Positions 47,479 to 58,829 of a DNA stretch of 64,000 nucleotides are shown here, piece by piece (the first letter of the stretch is position 1; each line of letters opens with the position of its first letter). The notes beneath the pieces were generated by a model, which saw nothing but the letters and a program-made list of their open reading frames with translations, ran no database searches and was not told the origin of the DNA. The DNA is from an uncultured Methanosarcinaceae archaeon. Its GTDB lineage: Archaea > Halobacteriota > Methanosarcinia > Methanosarcinales > Methanosarcinaceae. The translations under genes were made by a program, and so were the position numbers. The DNA lies in the NCBI GenBank assembly GCA_963847185.1, contig CAWJYV010000007.1:1-64000 (forward strand). The letters are read 5' to 3'.

Positions 47479-47970
47479 TTTAAACTATATCAAATAACTT
47501 CAAACAATATCAAATAACTTCAAATATTTCAAAAAGATCAAAATTTCAAAAAGATCAAATAATTTTTAATGACATTAACGACTTCAAAAACCTCAACCTA
47601 TTTCAAGCACTCAAATGATTTAGGGTTATTTCAAATTGGTTCTAATATAAGTTCAAGTACTATTATAGAGAAATAATAGAGAATTGGTTTGAAAATAAAG
47701 AGAATGACTTTAAAAATAAATACATTATATCACAAAGATTAGATTCAAAATAAATTATGAGGCTTAAAATATAAATATATAAATTGAAAAATTCTTAGTA
47801 GTAAAATATATATTGCTGGCAGATAATTACCACCAGATGATTATCTATAACTAAGTTCTTTTACAGTTTTTTTGTTTATGTAAAGGGCTTAATTATTCAT
47901 GTAATAAAATACAATCTTTCAGTGATGTATTCTAATCCATTACTTCAAATTCGTAGTGGCAGAGAGATTA

Positions 47971-49503
47971 ATGATGGACAAACCTGAAATTACGAATTCT
48001 CAGGACAAGGACCCTGACTACAATTTTCATAGTTCATCTCAGGAGTCAATATATTCTATGGACAAACTTGTGACCGAATCCGCAGAAAACTCTAATTCTG
48101 TAGGAAAGTCTAAACTTTCTGATTCTTCAATTAAGGTGCCAGAGGAAAACGAAGCTTCTTTTCCTGTATCCTCAGTAGATTCCAGCGCAGTTGAAGGGAA
48201 GCTTGATATAAGTTCTGAAATTATTGCAGAACCTCTTCCAGATTCAGCTTCGGAACTTTCAGTTCCTTCTTCTCAGCCTCCAGATGGGCACCAGGTTGAA
48301 TACCAGCCTTCAAAAATTGTGCTTATAGGTACAGCTCATGTTTCAGAAAAGAGTGTTGCTGAAGTTAAGGCCTCTATCAGGAATCTGAAACCAGACATTG
48401 TAGCTGTCGAGCTCTGCAGGGGACGTTACGATTCCCTTAAAGGAAATGTGCAGGAAAGTCAGGTTCCAATTAAGGATATTCTCTCCGAAGGGAAAATCAA
48501 CTATTACATTATTCACTGGTTACTTGCATATGTGCAGAAAAAGATCGGGGACGATATGGGTGTAAAACCAGGCGCCGAGATGCTCGCTGCAATCGAGGAA
48601 GCCGAATCCGCTGGAGCCAAAATTGCTTTAATTGATCGGGATATCCAGGTGACGCTTCAGCGCTTTTGGGGAAAGATGAAGTTCCTGGAAAAAGTAAAAA
48701 TGATTGGTTCCCTTCTAGGTGGCCTCATTGGAATAGGAAAAGGAACAGAAATTGATATCGACCAAATAACGGAACATGACGTTGTAACAGCCCTTGTCAG
48801 TGAGCTCAGAGGCTTTGCCCCGACTGCAGCTGAAGTTCTTATTGATGAACGAGATGCTTATCTTGCAGGAAGCATCGTTAATGTTGCTGCAGGCGGAAAT
48901 AAAACTGTTGTTGTAGTAATAGGAGCAGGACATAAACCAGGAGTAACCAATTATCTTAAAAATCCAAAGACTATCCCTCCGCTTAGTTCTCTTATGGAGA
49001 TTCCAAAGAAACGCTTTGGTATTGGCAAAATTTTGGGTTTTGGTTTTGTTGGAATTGTGCTTGCATTTTTCCTGTTATTATTCCTTTCAAATGTTTCATT
49101 GAAGGTAATATTGATAGCTTTCGCATGCTGGTTCATTATCACTGGGGTCCTGAGTGCAGTCGGTACTCTGCTTGCAGGCGGTCATCCCTACTCAATTGTG
49201 ACTGCTTTTTCAGTTGCCTGGTTAACAACTCTGCATCCACTCATTGCTGCAGGATGGTTTGCCGGATTAGTAGAAGCAAAGCAGCGAAATCCGACCACTG
49301 CAGACATAAAGGCCCTTGCAGGAGTAGAGACATTCAAAGATATGTTCAAAAACAAATTCATGCGGGTTCTTCTAGTCGCAAGCTTCGCAAATATCGGAAG
49401 TGCAACAGGAGCATTCATTGCAGCTTACGTCATCTGGCATCTTACTGGCATTAACCTGGTAGATGCTCTTCGCGCTGGCTTCTCCAATGCCACTGGATTA
49501 TAA
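47971..49503 (+). CDS. TraB/GumN (pheromone-shutdown-like) membrane protein
   Basis: IGTAHVS, VELCRGR, PGAEM, DERD and GAGH motifs; acidic Ser-rich N-terminal extension; C-terminal transmembrane helices. Confidence 0.9.
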   Translation: MMDKPEITNSQDKDPDYNFHSSSQESIYSMDKLVTESAENSNSVGKSKLSDSSIKVPEENEASFPVSSVDSSAVEGKLDISSEIIAEPLPDSASELSVPSSQPPDGHQVEYQPSKIVLIGTAHVSEKSVAEVKASIRNLKPDIVAVELCRGRYDSLKGNVQESQVPIKDILSEGKINYYIIHWLLAYVQKKIGDDMGVKPGAEMLAAIEEAESAGAKIALIDRDIQVTLQRFWGKMKFLEKVKMIGSLLGGLIGIGKGTEIDIDQITEHDVVTALVSELRGFAPTAAEVLIDERDAYLAGSIVNVAAGGNKTVVVVIGAGHKPGVTNYLKNPKTIPPLSSLMEIPKKRFGIGKILGFGFVGIVLAFFLLLFLSNVSLKVILIAFACWFIITGVLSAVGTLLAGGHPYSIVTAFSVAWLTTLHPLIAAGWFAGLVEAKQRNPTTADIKALAGVETFKDMFKNKFMRVLLVASFANIGSATGAFIAAYVIWHLTGINLVDALRAGFSNATGL

Positions 49504-50099
49504 AAGCTTGATGAAACTTTAAAGGTTTGATCAATTTCTGGTTTGGGAACCTAAGGATTTTTTTTCTCTCTTTTCCCTTCCCTTTCTTCTCCCTCTTTTT
49601 CCCCCTTTTTCTTTTTTCCTCCCTCTTTTTCCCCTTTTCTTTTCTACCTTCTCATCTCATATTTTTTCTTTTAAGACTTAGTCTCTCAAATTGTCATCTT
49701 TACAATGGTGTTTCTCTTTCCTTTTCAAAAGAAGCTCTTTGTAGTACATTTTATCCACTGCTGGTGTAGGGTAAGATGGATGAATACAAGAATAGTTCCA
49801 GAATTATTTCATTTCTACTATCTATCCAGATCTAGATGGCTTTCTAGTTCCGTATGTATTACATATCTTCTTCTTTGGACTCCTGAAGGTATGAAGAAAT
49901 TATGAATAATCTTTACTGCAATGACATAAAAACAGAACATATTATGAGATGTAAAAAGGATAGATAAGTTGGAGCATTAAAAAAATATGTTGACGAAAAT
50001 GTAAAGAAGATATATTGGAATTTTAAAAAGTAGGTTGACTAATATGTAAAAGGATCTAAAAGAAGAATAACGGACTAAATAAAAAAGGAGTTATTGAGC

Positions 50100-50993
50100 T
50101 CAGAAGAGCTCGTGAAGTTTGAATTGATATTTTCCAAGCTTTCCGCCGTAGTTTCCTGCGGAAATTTTCTTAATTCCTGGAACTGTTACAGCAGCTTCAA
50201 TTCCTGCTTTCATGGCAGCTTTTATGCTTTCTTCATCAAGCCCGTTAATAACGATCTCATAAACGGCATTGACGTCTGCCGGAATTTCAGTGTTTTCAAC
50301 TTTATTCTTTATGGAAGGGCAGAATTTTTCATTTGCAGTAGCTTTCAGGAATTTGTACTTATTTGCTCCAGACTTAGAGCCACTTGCAACAATTCCACCA
50401 GGGAAGGGGGTAATTGTGCCTTTAAGTTCTCCAATTGCGTCAACTGCTACTTCAGCTGCAGTCAGGGCACTCATCTGTGAGTCCCCGAAAATGAAGAAGT
50501 TTCCACCTGCAATGCCAGCTATAGCTCCAATATTGTCTTCGGTCAGGAAGTCTCCTTCCATGATAGGGATCTTATATATCTTCCGGCCTGCAATCTGGGT
50601 TTCGGACTCCATGCCATCTGCAAAAAATTTAAGTTTAAATCCCACGTTAAACTGCTTTTCAGCTTCAGGAAGTCCATCGAAAACTGCAGTTGTAGGGGCT
50701 GTGAGGACACACTGTCCAATCCTCTCAAGCAGCTGCTCTTCCAGAGCCTCGTATTTGAAAGTACAGATCTGAATATAGACACCAGGCCTTCCATCAGGAG
50801 TTTCACTTGGACTTGCTATTCTTTCAATTCCTGCTTCTGCAGGACACATTATGACTGATGTTGCAAAGCCTGTGGCTTCAGTAGCTGCCACAAGGGCCCA
50901 GCGCTTGGTAACAGCTGTTATGAGCACTCTTGCAATTTTGATCGAAAACGCTTCTGCATATGTATCTTCAATTTCTACTCCATTGATTTCTAT
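50100..50993 (-). CDS. ftr: formylmethanofuran:tetrahydromethanopterin formyltransferase with ATA at the start-codon position
   Basis: Frame extends upstream of the tracked ORF to (I)EINGVEIEDTYAEAF after a GAGGGG SD; 297 codons; TPDGRPG, RIGQCVLTAPT and SAGNYGGKLG motifs. Confidence 0.93.
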   Translation of the reverse strand: MEINGVEIEDTYAEAFSIKIARVLITAVTKRWALVAATEATGFATSVIMCPAEAGIERIASPSETPDGRPGVYIQICTFKYEALEEQLLERIGQCVLTAPTTAVFDGLPEAEKQFNVGFKLKFFADGMESETQIAGRKIYKIPIMEGDFLTEDNIGAIAGIAGGNFFIFGDSQMSALTAAEVAVDAIGELKGTITPFPGGIVASGSKSGANKYKFLKATANEKFCPSIKNKVENTEIPADVNAVYEIVINGLDEESIKAAMKAGIEAAVTVPGIKKISAGNYGGKLGKYQFKLHELF

Positions 50994-51266
50994 AAAAATC
51001 CCCTCGTTACTTGGGTTAATTGTATGATTAATTACAGTAAGTTTACGTCAGTTCAAAGATGTTCGGTTTTAATCTATTTAGACTTTTCAACCTTTTCAGA
51101 ATATTTCACTTAACCAAGATATTACTCAATCTAGGTATATACTTAAAGTTTTATGTTACTTTCATTTTCTGATTTATTAATTGGATTAAATTATTGTCAA
51201 TTATAATATTTATATCAAATATATAATTTTTCAGAGAAAAGATAAAAAGTCAAAATCAAATCAAGT

Positions 51267-51341
51267 AAGAAATCTGAACAAAGAAATCTGAACAAAGAAA
51301 TCTGAACAAAGAAATCTGAACAAAGAAATCTGAACAAAGAA
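51267..51341. repeat. 14-bp tandem repeat AAGAAATCTGAACA, 5 copies
   Basis: Read directly from the sequence, between cheR and ftr. Confidence 0.95.
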
Positions 51342-51385
51342 GCCTGAGTAGTCATTTGTTCTCAGAAATCTCTGTTCTATTCACT

Positions 51386-52351
51386 TCAGTTCTTAAACTT
51401 CCTGTCCTGAAGTTCCTGATCCCTTCCATGAATGTCTGTTGAATTTTCTTTTATATACAGGCGTTCTTTTGAGTTGCACGGTTTAAAAAAGCAGGCTGCG
51501 GTTCCAAGCAGTGTTTCTGCTTTTCCTATTACAAGAAAGCCCCCTTTTTCCAGAGCCTGATAAAAATTAAGTTGTAACTGTTCCTGAAATTCTTTTTTAA
51601 AATATATCATTACGTTTCGGCAGATTACGATATCAAAGTGATTTATTTCAGGGCTTGAGATCAGATCTTGATGCTTAAAATGCGTTATTTTTTTTAATTG
51701 ATCAATTATCTGATATTTCTCCCCTTGCTTTAGAAAATACTGCTCTTTTGTACTCTCGTCAATGTTTTTGAGAGAACTTTCACTGTAGATCCCTTTCTTT
51801 GCTTTCTCAAGGCTCTGGAAGTCAATATCCGTACCTGTGATTATTACTCTATAATTATTGAAGTCCGTTTTTAGAACTCTATGAAGAAGAATAGCAAGGG
51901 AATAGGCTTCTTCCCCTGCTGCACAGCCAGCACTCCAGATTCGAATTGATTTTTTCAATGATTCTGACCTGTATTTGACAACAGAAGGAATAATCTCTTT
52001 TTCTATTATCCTGAAGGTTTCTGGATTTCGAAAAAATTCACTTACATTTACAGTAAGTGTTTCAACCAGGCGCCCATATTCTTCAGGGTCTTTTTTTAAA
52101 AGCTTCAGGTATGCACCGTAACTCTCGGAATTTGTAGCTCTTACACGTACGTTAACTCTGCGCCTGAAATGAGCCTCTTTATAGTATTCACAGTTAAAAC
52201 CAATGTTTTCAGTGATGAATCTCTTTAACAGTCCGTATTCAGGATCTTCTTCAAGGACTCTACATGCTTCTATTTCTTCGTCTGCTTTTCTAGCAGAATC
52301 ATTGCTTATCGAACTACTGTTCATCTTTTCACCAGCAGCCCTTTTCTCCAT
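51386..52351 (-). CDS. cheR: protein-glutamate O-methyltransferase
   Basis: TVNVSEFFRN, IWSAGCAAGEEAYS, GTDID and CRNVMIYF motifs. Confidence 0.93.
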   Translation of the reverse strand: MEKRAAGEKMNSSSISNDSARKADEEIEACRVLEEDPEYGLLKRFITENIGFNCEYYKEAHFRRRVNVRVRATNSESYGAYLKLLKKDPEEYGRLVETLTVNVSEFFRNPETFRIIEKEIIPSVVKYRSESLKKSIRIWSAGCAAGEEAYSLAILLHRVLKTDFNNYRVIITGTDIDFQSLEKAKKGIYSESSLKNIDESTKEQYFLKQGEKYQIIDQLKKITHFKHQDLISSPEINHFDIVICRNVMIYFKKEFQEQLQLNFYQALEKGGFLVIGKAETLLGTAACFFKPCNSKERLYIKENSTDIHGRDQELQDRKFKN

Positions 52352-52438
52352 TTTTTTTATTTTCTTTTTATTTTTATTTTATTTTTATTTTATTTTTATT
52401 TTATTTTTATTTTTGTTTTCTATAGCCTCTTAATGGTA

Positions 52439-54237
52439 TTAGGTGAGGGAATTAATATCAATTATTAAGATCACATCTCCATCTCCCAGAATTGTTGCTC
52501 CTGTAAAACCTCTTGTATTTTCAAGGAGTCTACTTTTAAAATTTTTCCCAATTATTTCCTGCTTTCCAAGTAATTTATCGACAATGATTCCAATTTCTTG
52601 GTCGAATTTTTCTACTATGACTACGGAAATATTTTCGTCTTTCTGAGCAGATTCCTGAACCGTTAGTTGAAATATTTTTTGTAAATTAAGGAGCTGGAGA
52701 GCTTTATTATTTATAAAAATAACCTCTTTTCCTTTGACATTTCTGATTTCTCTTGCCTGGATTTCTATGTTTTTTACTATATTTGCGAACGGAATAGCAT
52801 ATCTTTCCCCCCTACTTGTATCAGCATAGCCTGATAAAGGGTAACGGTTAAAGGTAATTTCAATTCGAAACTGGACCCAAAGCCTGGTTTTGACTCGACT
52901 TTTACCGATCCTCCAAGGCATTCAATCCGGTTTTTCACAATATCCATTCCCATTCCCCTTCCTGAAATATCGGTAACTCTGCTGGCAGTACTGAAGCAGG
53001 GAGTAAAGATTAATTGCATTATTTCTTTTTCATGTAGCAGTTCAGTCTCTTCTTTCGAAATCAGTCCTTTTTCTAATGCAGCCTTCAGAATTTCTTCTGT
53101 GTCTATTCCACGGCCATCGTCCTCAATTTTAATTAGAACGAAGTTTTCCTGTCTTAAAGCAGTAACAACTATTGTACCTGTCTCTTTTTTTCCGAGTTCT
53201 TTACGCTTCTCGGGAAGTTCGATTCCGTGGTCAACTGCATTTCTCAAAAGATGCACCAAAGAACCTCCTATCTCTTCCAGAATGGTCTTATCGAGCTTAA
53301 TCTCTTCTCCTTTGATCATGAAATCAATTTTCTTATTTTGTGCTCTAGCAAGATTTCTTATCATTCTGGGGTAGACATGGGTAATCTTGTCAAGGGGTAT
53401 CATCCTTGCCTCTATTACCTCTTCCTGGAGTTTTCTCGTTAGCTTACATGATTCGGAAAGTGCAAATTCAAGTTCATTAGACTTCAGATTCCCTATAAGT
53501 TCATTTATTCTGCTCATATTAATTACGAGCTCACCCACAAGATTCATCATCTCATTAAGCTGCTCTGTGCTGATTCTTAAACTCTGGATATCATTTACTT
53601 TGAATTTTGATTTCGGAGAAGTATTTAGAGTAGCATCGTGCACATATTCTGGAGTTCTTACGATCTTTTCAGCTTCTTTATCGTTTTCTGAAATTTTTTC
53701 TTCTTGATAACTTTTTTCTTGATAACTTTTTTCTTGATAACTTTTTTCTTGACAATCTTTTACAACTACAGTTAGGGAATCATTCTCTTTTTTTTGAGAA
53801 AAGGCTTCTCTAGGAAGATCACTTAAATCTTTTGAAGCTTTCAATAATTCACAGGGCTCAAGATAGGGCTCAAATGAGCCATTGGTATTTTTTTTTCCTT
53901 CTTTGAGTTCATTTCCTTTATTACTGCATGCCTTTTCTACAAGTTCCTCAAGGGTATCCAGACATTTAAAAAAGATGTCAAATAAGGGAGGATTGAGCAT
54001 TAGTTCTTTAGTGCGAAGGCTGTCTATCAGATTTTCCATTTCGTGGGTATACTTAACGATCTCTCCGAACCCCATCGTTGAAGCCATGCCTTTGAATGTA
54101 TGGACTGCACGAAACATCGTGTTTATTTGTTCTATATTTCCAGGATCTTTCTCGAGCGCTAACAGGGAATCGTTTAATTCTATAATGTATTTTTCAGACT
54201 CTGTCTTGAAAATACCTGTATACTTCGACATATCCAT
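52439..54237 (-). pseudogene. cheA: chemotaxis histidine kinase CheA split by a single-base deletion in a G-run at 52807-52812
   Basis: HPt FRAVHTFKG, HLLRNAVDHG, DDGRG and SGRGMGMD; the CheW-like domain (ERYAIP...GATILGDG) continues in another frame; G7 in place of G6 gives 599 aa. Probably an assembly error. Confidence 0.88.
53698..53752. repeat. 15-bp in-frame repeat encoding EKSYQ x3 in the CheA linker
   Basis: TTCTTGATAACTTTT tandem copies. Confidence 0.85.
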
Positions 54238-54359
54238 AGTTTTCCCTGCCTTTTTTATTGAAAAACCAGTATTCTATTTTTATGCTTCGCCATTTCATGC
54301 ATGTTCTGGCTGAAGATTCCTATTGTCTTCTGGGGTACGTTCACTGCTCTATATTCAAA

Positions 54360-54652
54360 AGCTGTAGATGTAATTTCTCCCGCTATCTTTCCAAGAGCCT
54401 AATCAGTACCAAGAAGCCGGATGTTCCTGTATAATGTGGGAGAGAGTCCTAAGGTTAAGGACAGGCATTAAATTCCAGAAGAAAAACGTTTGGCACTAAT
54501 TTTCTTATTTTTTCGAGGCTACCCTTTCATTTACTGCCGTCTCATGAGCCTGAGATTTGGGTTTTTGCTCAGAGTTGCTCAGGGTATTGGAAAGAAGCTT
54601 GAGAGTTAAAGCAGAATTATCTATTATGTGCAAGTAGTCTCTGAGCATCATG
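54360..54652 (-). pseudogene. probable cheB remnant
   Basis: Sits between cheY and cheA; fragments IIDNSALTLKLLSNTL (like the CheB receiver start IVDDSALIRK) and LGKIAGEI (like the CheB C-terminus); far too short and interrupted. Confidence 0.5.
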
Positions 54653-54676
54653 AGTGCAGATAGCCTCTGAGCATCT

Positions 54677-55042
54677 TTAATTTGGCTCAGCAATCTTCTT
54701 TATTACATCTAGCATCCCATCAGGTTCAAAAGGTTTTACTATAAAACCCATGGCACCTATTTTCATTGACTCCGTTATTACGGCCTGCTGTCCTAGAGAA
54801 GAGCACATAACAACTTTTGCTCCCGGATCCATAATAAGAATTTTTTTCAATGTCTCCCTTCCATCCATATCCGGCATAATTATGTCCATTAATACCAGGT
54901 CCGGCTTTACTTCCAGATATGTTTGAATCGCCTCTTCCCCATCTACCACTTCAGCAACTACTTCATGCCCGTGAATTAAAAGAATATCCTTAATTATCAT
55001 TCGCATAAACTCGGCATCTTCTACGATCATAACTCTGGCCAT
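54677..55042 (-). CDS. cheY: chemotaxis response regulator CheY
   Basis: VEDAEFMR, MDIIMPDMDG, CSSLGQQ and FIVKPF. Confidence 0.92.
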   Translation of the reverse strand: MARVMIVEDAEFMRMIIKDILLIHGHEVVAEVVDGEEAIQTYLEVKPDLVLMDIIMPDMDGRETLKKILIMDPGAKVVMCSSLGQQAVITESMKIGAMGFIVKPFEPDGMLDVIKKIAEPN

Positions 55043-55842
55043 GTGTTTCCCTTCTCTTATATTTGGTAAGTTACGTACAGATTATCTTTCATGCTCCTAT
55101 CTTTCTGAATATTCCAAATCTAATCTGTGTCCTTTGCCGAACTGTGCCTTTTGCCTATGTGTTTGATAAATTAATATAAAGTGATATATATCTAAAAAAT
55201 ATTTGCCAATTTAATAAATTAAATATCTGTTTAGTGGCCAGTATTCTTTTAATAAACTGATATTTTAAATTGCAGAATATTAGCCTAAAGAATTCGAATA
55301 AAATATATCAGGTTAACAAATATAGCCAACTTAAGTTTTCTTGTTTAATACAGGCTTATCTCAACTATATGGAAAAATTATATGCGAAACATGCTATATT
55401 AAACTTTTTAAATTATCTTGAGCAAATTATGTAGTTTTAGATTTATTTAAAAGTTATGAATTATTTGTAGTTAACGAACTGTTACTAAAAATTGTTGATT
55501 TGATCTTTTTTCAGCTTATTTCTTATTTGTTTTCATACTTACAAATTAGAAATTGAACGATTGATAATATCTCCTTTGGGTTTAGTCTGAAAGTCTAAAT
55601 TTAAATATATTCTTTGGAACAATAATGCACAAGTATTATTAACTTAATTTATTTATGGGTATATATTTAAAACTTAATTTATATAATTAACAAATAAGTT
55701 TATATGCTCCTGAACTTTAGACTTAACGTAGTAAGTTCGGTAATTTATTTCAGTGGAGTCAGTCACTTGTTTGCAAACAAATCTGAAAAGTAATCGGTTT
55801 TTGATTTTTAAATAAGGTTACATTTAGCTAAAAAATAGCCAA

Positions 55843-55981
55843 ATAGTAGGTAGTTAAGTAGCTAAGTGATTGGATAGTAGGTGGTTAAGTAGCTAAAAGT
55901 GGATATTAAGTAGTAAGTAGCTAAGTAATAAAGTGGTCAAGTAGCTAAAAGTGGTCAAGTAGCTAAAAGTGGTCAAGTAGC
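55843..55981. repeat. 18-bp tandem repeat AAAAGTGGTCAAGTAGCT x3 with degenerate upstream copies
   Basis: Read directly from the divergent intergenic region. Confidence 0.8.
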
Positions 55982-56157
55982 ATTAGGTAGAAAGTGATGG
56001 AGCAGTTAGCAGGGTTGTGGATCTGGAGTATATATAAAATATATTTATGAAGTTTTACTAAGCTTTGATTTCATTTTTCAGCACAAATTCACTCTTTAAC
56101 GACCCTATGAAAGACTCCTTATAGAGATTTTCAATCCACTCACAGGAGTTGATTTAA

Positions 56158-56520
56158 GTGCCTGAAATTCTGATTGTTGAAGACAATTTACTTAATCTTG
56201 TTGTTGAAGTAGATTTGCTTAAATCTTTTGGGTATGAACCGAAAAAAGCAAAAGATGGCTTTGAAGCTCTCGAAGTCCTGAATGAAATGAAGATTGATCT
56301 TATATTGCTTGATATGGAACTTCCGAAGATGCACGGGCTTGAACTACTTCAGAGAATTAAACTTAATCCTGAGACCAAGAATATAAGAGTAGTTGCTGTT
56401 ACGGGATATTGTGATCTCGAAAGTGAGCAAAAGTTCCTTGAAGCTGGTTGTCACGCTGTTCTTGCCAAACCCATAAATTTTGGTAACTTCAAATCACAGC
56501 TCGAAGAATTTCTCACATGA
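56158..56520 (+). CDS. single-domain response regulator (receiver only)
   Basis: IVEDN, LDMELPKMHG, AVTG and AKP; GTG start after an AGGAG SD. Confidence 0.9.
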   Translation: MPEILIVEDNLLNLVVEVDLLKSFGYEPKKAKDGFEALEVLNEMKIDLILLDMELPKMHGLELLQRIKLNPETKNIRVVAVTGYCDLESEQKFLEAGCHAVLAKPINFGNFKSQLEEFLT

Positions 56521-56624
56521 TGTGCCTTTTTATTGGATTCATAGGAGTAATCTCTGATGAATTCCTGCATGAATACTGGTGTTTCTGATTCATACTTTTC
56601 AGATTAATCAGAAAATTCATTAAC

Positions 56625-56691
56625 GCCGTTGGTAGGTTAAATATTCAGTTGCAGATATGCCGTTGGTAGGTTAAATATTCAGTTGCAGATA
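56625..56691. repeat. 34-bp direct duplication upstream of the MCP gene
   Basis: GCCGTTGGTAGGTTAAATATTCAGTTGCAGATA twice. Confidence 0.9.
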
Positions 56692-56732
56692 GGAAATTGT
56701 AAGGTTGAGAACTTGGGGGCCCAGGTGGAAAG

Positions 56733-58802
56733 ATGTACAAAAAAGCAAAAATAGGGCATGTAGTGATAGGTTTTGCTCTTCTTCTAATTTTGATTTTCTT
56801 TGTTGGGTATACAGGTTATCAAGGTATGAACGAAGTTGAAAAAAAGAGCCGAGCCATTCAAAACATGACCTTTATCGTGAATAATATGCAAGGGGCCCTG
56901 GAAGCCGAAGAAAGCTATGTTATTCATGGTGATCCCGTTTACAGGCAGGATGTTTATTACCATCTTAACCTGGTGCCCACACAGGCAGCAATCTCCAGGG
57001 AAATATATCTTGGATATCTTGATCCTGTGAATCAAAATCGAATGGATTCTGTTCTGGCAAATTCCAGCGACTTTAAGAAAGCTTTTGACAGGTTTGTTGA
57101 AGCGGACAATGAAGAGATAGCCGTGAGAGCGGAGCTGGTCTCCAATGGCGAGCTTTTGTTGCAGAAAGCTGATGAGATCTATCAAGATCAGATGATTCAA
57201 TACCAGCAGTATGTGAGAAACGATTCTTCCAGTGAAGTCCTCCAGACAAAATTATCCTATGCTCAGGAAGCCCAGAAAATCAGCATACTTGGTATGGAAG
57301 CTCGAAATGAGTATCAGAACTATATAATCACTCCCGAAAATCAGTCTGCAAAAAATTTTGAACGACTTATGGGAGAGATAATTAAAGTTACTGAAAACCT
57401 GGATGAGCAATTGGTAAAACCTGAGAATCTTGAACGGGGAAACAGTATACTTTCCAGTTCTAAGAAAATCCAGACTGATTTTGATCGTCTGAAAACTCTT
57501 AAAGAGAAAAAAGCCGTTGAAGCTAGTAACATGGCAACTATAGCGGCACATGTTGGAGAAGCTGCTACTGATGCCAGTATTGATCAAAAAGAGAAACTTA
57601 ACGACCTTATTGTGAGTTCTATAAACAAGACCCTTCTTGTAACTTTTCTTTCGATACTTATAGGAGCTTTACTTGTTTTTGTAATTCTGAACGTTTACAG
57701 AAAACCTATCTATGAATTGCTTGAAGCGTCCGACAAAATATCTGCGGGCGATCTCAGTGTTAAGATTAAGGGAAGTTCGAGGAGTGAAATTTCTCAACTC
57801 TCGGAAGCTTTTAAATCAATGGTTGAGAACCTTCGAAGCTTAATTAAAGAAATCCAGGAAAGTTCATTTCGCCTTTCTATACTTTCGGAAGAAATGTCTG
57901 CCTCTTCTGAGGAAATGGCCTATGCTTCCAAAAAAATTTCCGATACTGCAGCAGAAATCTCAAATGGAACAGAATTACAGAGCTCAAAGATAATGGATAT
58001 AACTCATGCAATGCAGGACATGACCCATAACATCCAGGAAATTGCGGATAATACCCAAAAAGTTTCTAAAAACACTAATCTTGTCAATCATACTATTGGG
58101 AATATTGGAGATACTTCAAGAGAAGTCCTGCTAAAGATGGACCTTATTCGTTCCTCTGTTGACGGGACCGAGGAAGTGATCAGGGCTCTGGACTCCAAGT
58201 CTCAACAAATCAATGAGATTGTCATTCTTATTACCAGAGTTGCAGACCAGACAAATATGTTAGCTCTGAACGCTGCAATTGAGGCTGCACGGGCTGGCGA
58301 AAACGGCAGAGGTTTCTCTGTCGTGGCCGATGAAGTCCGCAAACTTTCTGATGAGTCAGGTCGAGCTGCAAAGGATATTTCGAAATTAATCGATGAGATC
58401 AGAAGTAGTATAAGTAATACTGTGGAAAGTATACAGGTAAGTAAAAAAGATGTGCAGGTTGGTACATTCGCTGTTAAAGGGGCAGTTGAAATGGTTGCAG
58501 GGATTGTTTTTACAATCCATGAGATAACTAATATGATAGAAGATGTTGCAGCTGCTACAGAGGAACAGTCAGCATCTATTGAAGAAATTACCTCTACTTT
58601 AGAAGATATTTCCTCAATATCAGAACAATCTGCTGCAGGAACTCAGGAAACTGCTGCTGCTCTTGAGGAACAGAGTGTTTCAATGTCAGAGCTTGCCAGT
58701 ATGGCCAGCGATCTTGCCCTTCTTGGAGAAAAGATGAGAAAAGCTACTGAAAAATTCAGGCTTGACAATTTAAAAGAAAAACCGGAAAATATAGCCAGTT
58801 AA
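56733..58802 (+). CDS. methyl-accepting chemotaxis protein
   Basis: Two TM helices around an extracellular domain of about 270 aa, a HAMP domain, and the hairpin [33 protein letters not shown]. Confidence 0.95.
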   Translation: MYKKAKIGHVVIGFALLLILIFFVGYTGYQGMNEVEKKSRAIQNMTFIVNNMQGALEAEESYVIHGDPVYRQDVYYHLNLVPTQAAISREIYLGYLDPVNQNRMDSVLANSSDFKKAFDRFVEADNEEIAVRAELVSNGELLLQKADEIYQDQMIQYQQYVRNDSSSEVLQTKLSYAQEAQKISILGMEARNEYQNYIITPENQSAKNFERLMGEIIKVTENLDEQLVKPENLERGNSILSSSKKIQTDFDRLKTLKEKKAVEASNMATIAAHVGEAATDASIDQKEKLNDLIVSSINKTLLVTFLSILIGALLVFVILNVYRKPIYELLEASDKISAGDLSVKIKGSSRSEISQLSEAFKSMVENLRSLIKEIQESSFRLSILSEEMSASSEEMAYASKKISDTAAEISNGTELQSSKIMDITHAMQDMTHNIQEIADNTQKVSKNTNLVNHTIGNIGDTSREVLLKMDLIRSSVDGTEEVIRALDSKSQQINEIVILITRVADQTNMLALNAAIEAARAGENGRGFSVVADEVRKLSDESGRAAKDISKLIDEIRSSISNTVESIQVSKKDVQVGTFAVKGAVEMVAGIVFTIHEITNMIEDVAAATEEQSASIEEITSTLEDISSISEQSAAGTQETAAALEEQSVSMSELASMASDLALLGEKMRKATEKFRLDNLKEKPENIAS

Positions 58803-58829
58803 GTGTTTGACTGGTTTTGAGGCATTTTA

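Noticed and set aside
47971-49503. TraB as evidence for a conjugative element
   Set aside because: This is the chromosomal TraB/GumN family; no relaxase, VirB4 or integrase is present.
49527-49905. Phe-rich ORFs after traB
   Set aside because: Translations of a pyrimidine tract in a convergent intergenic region.
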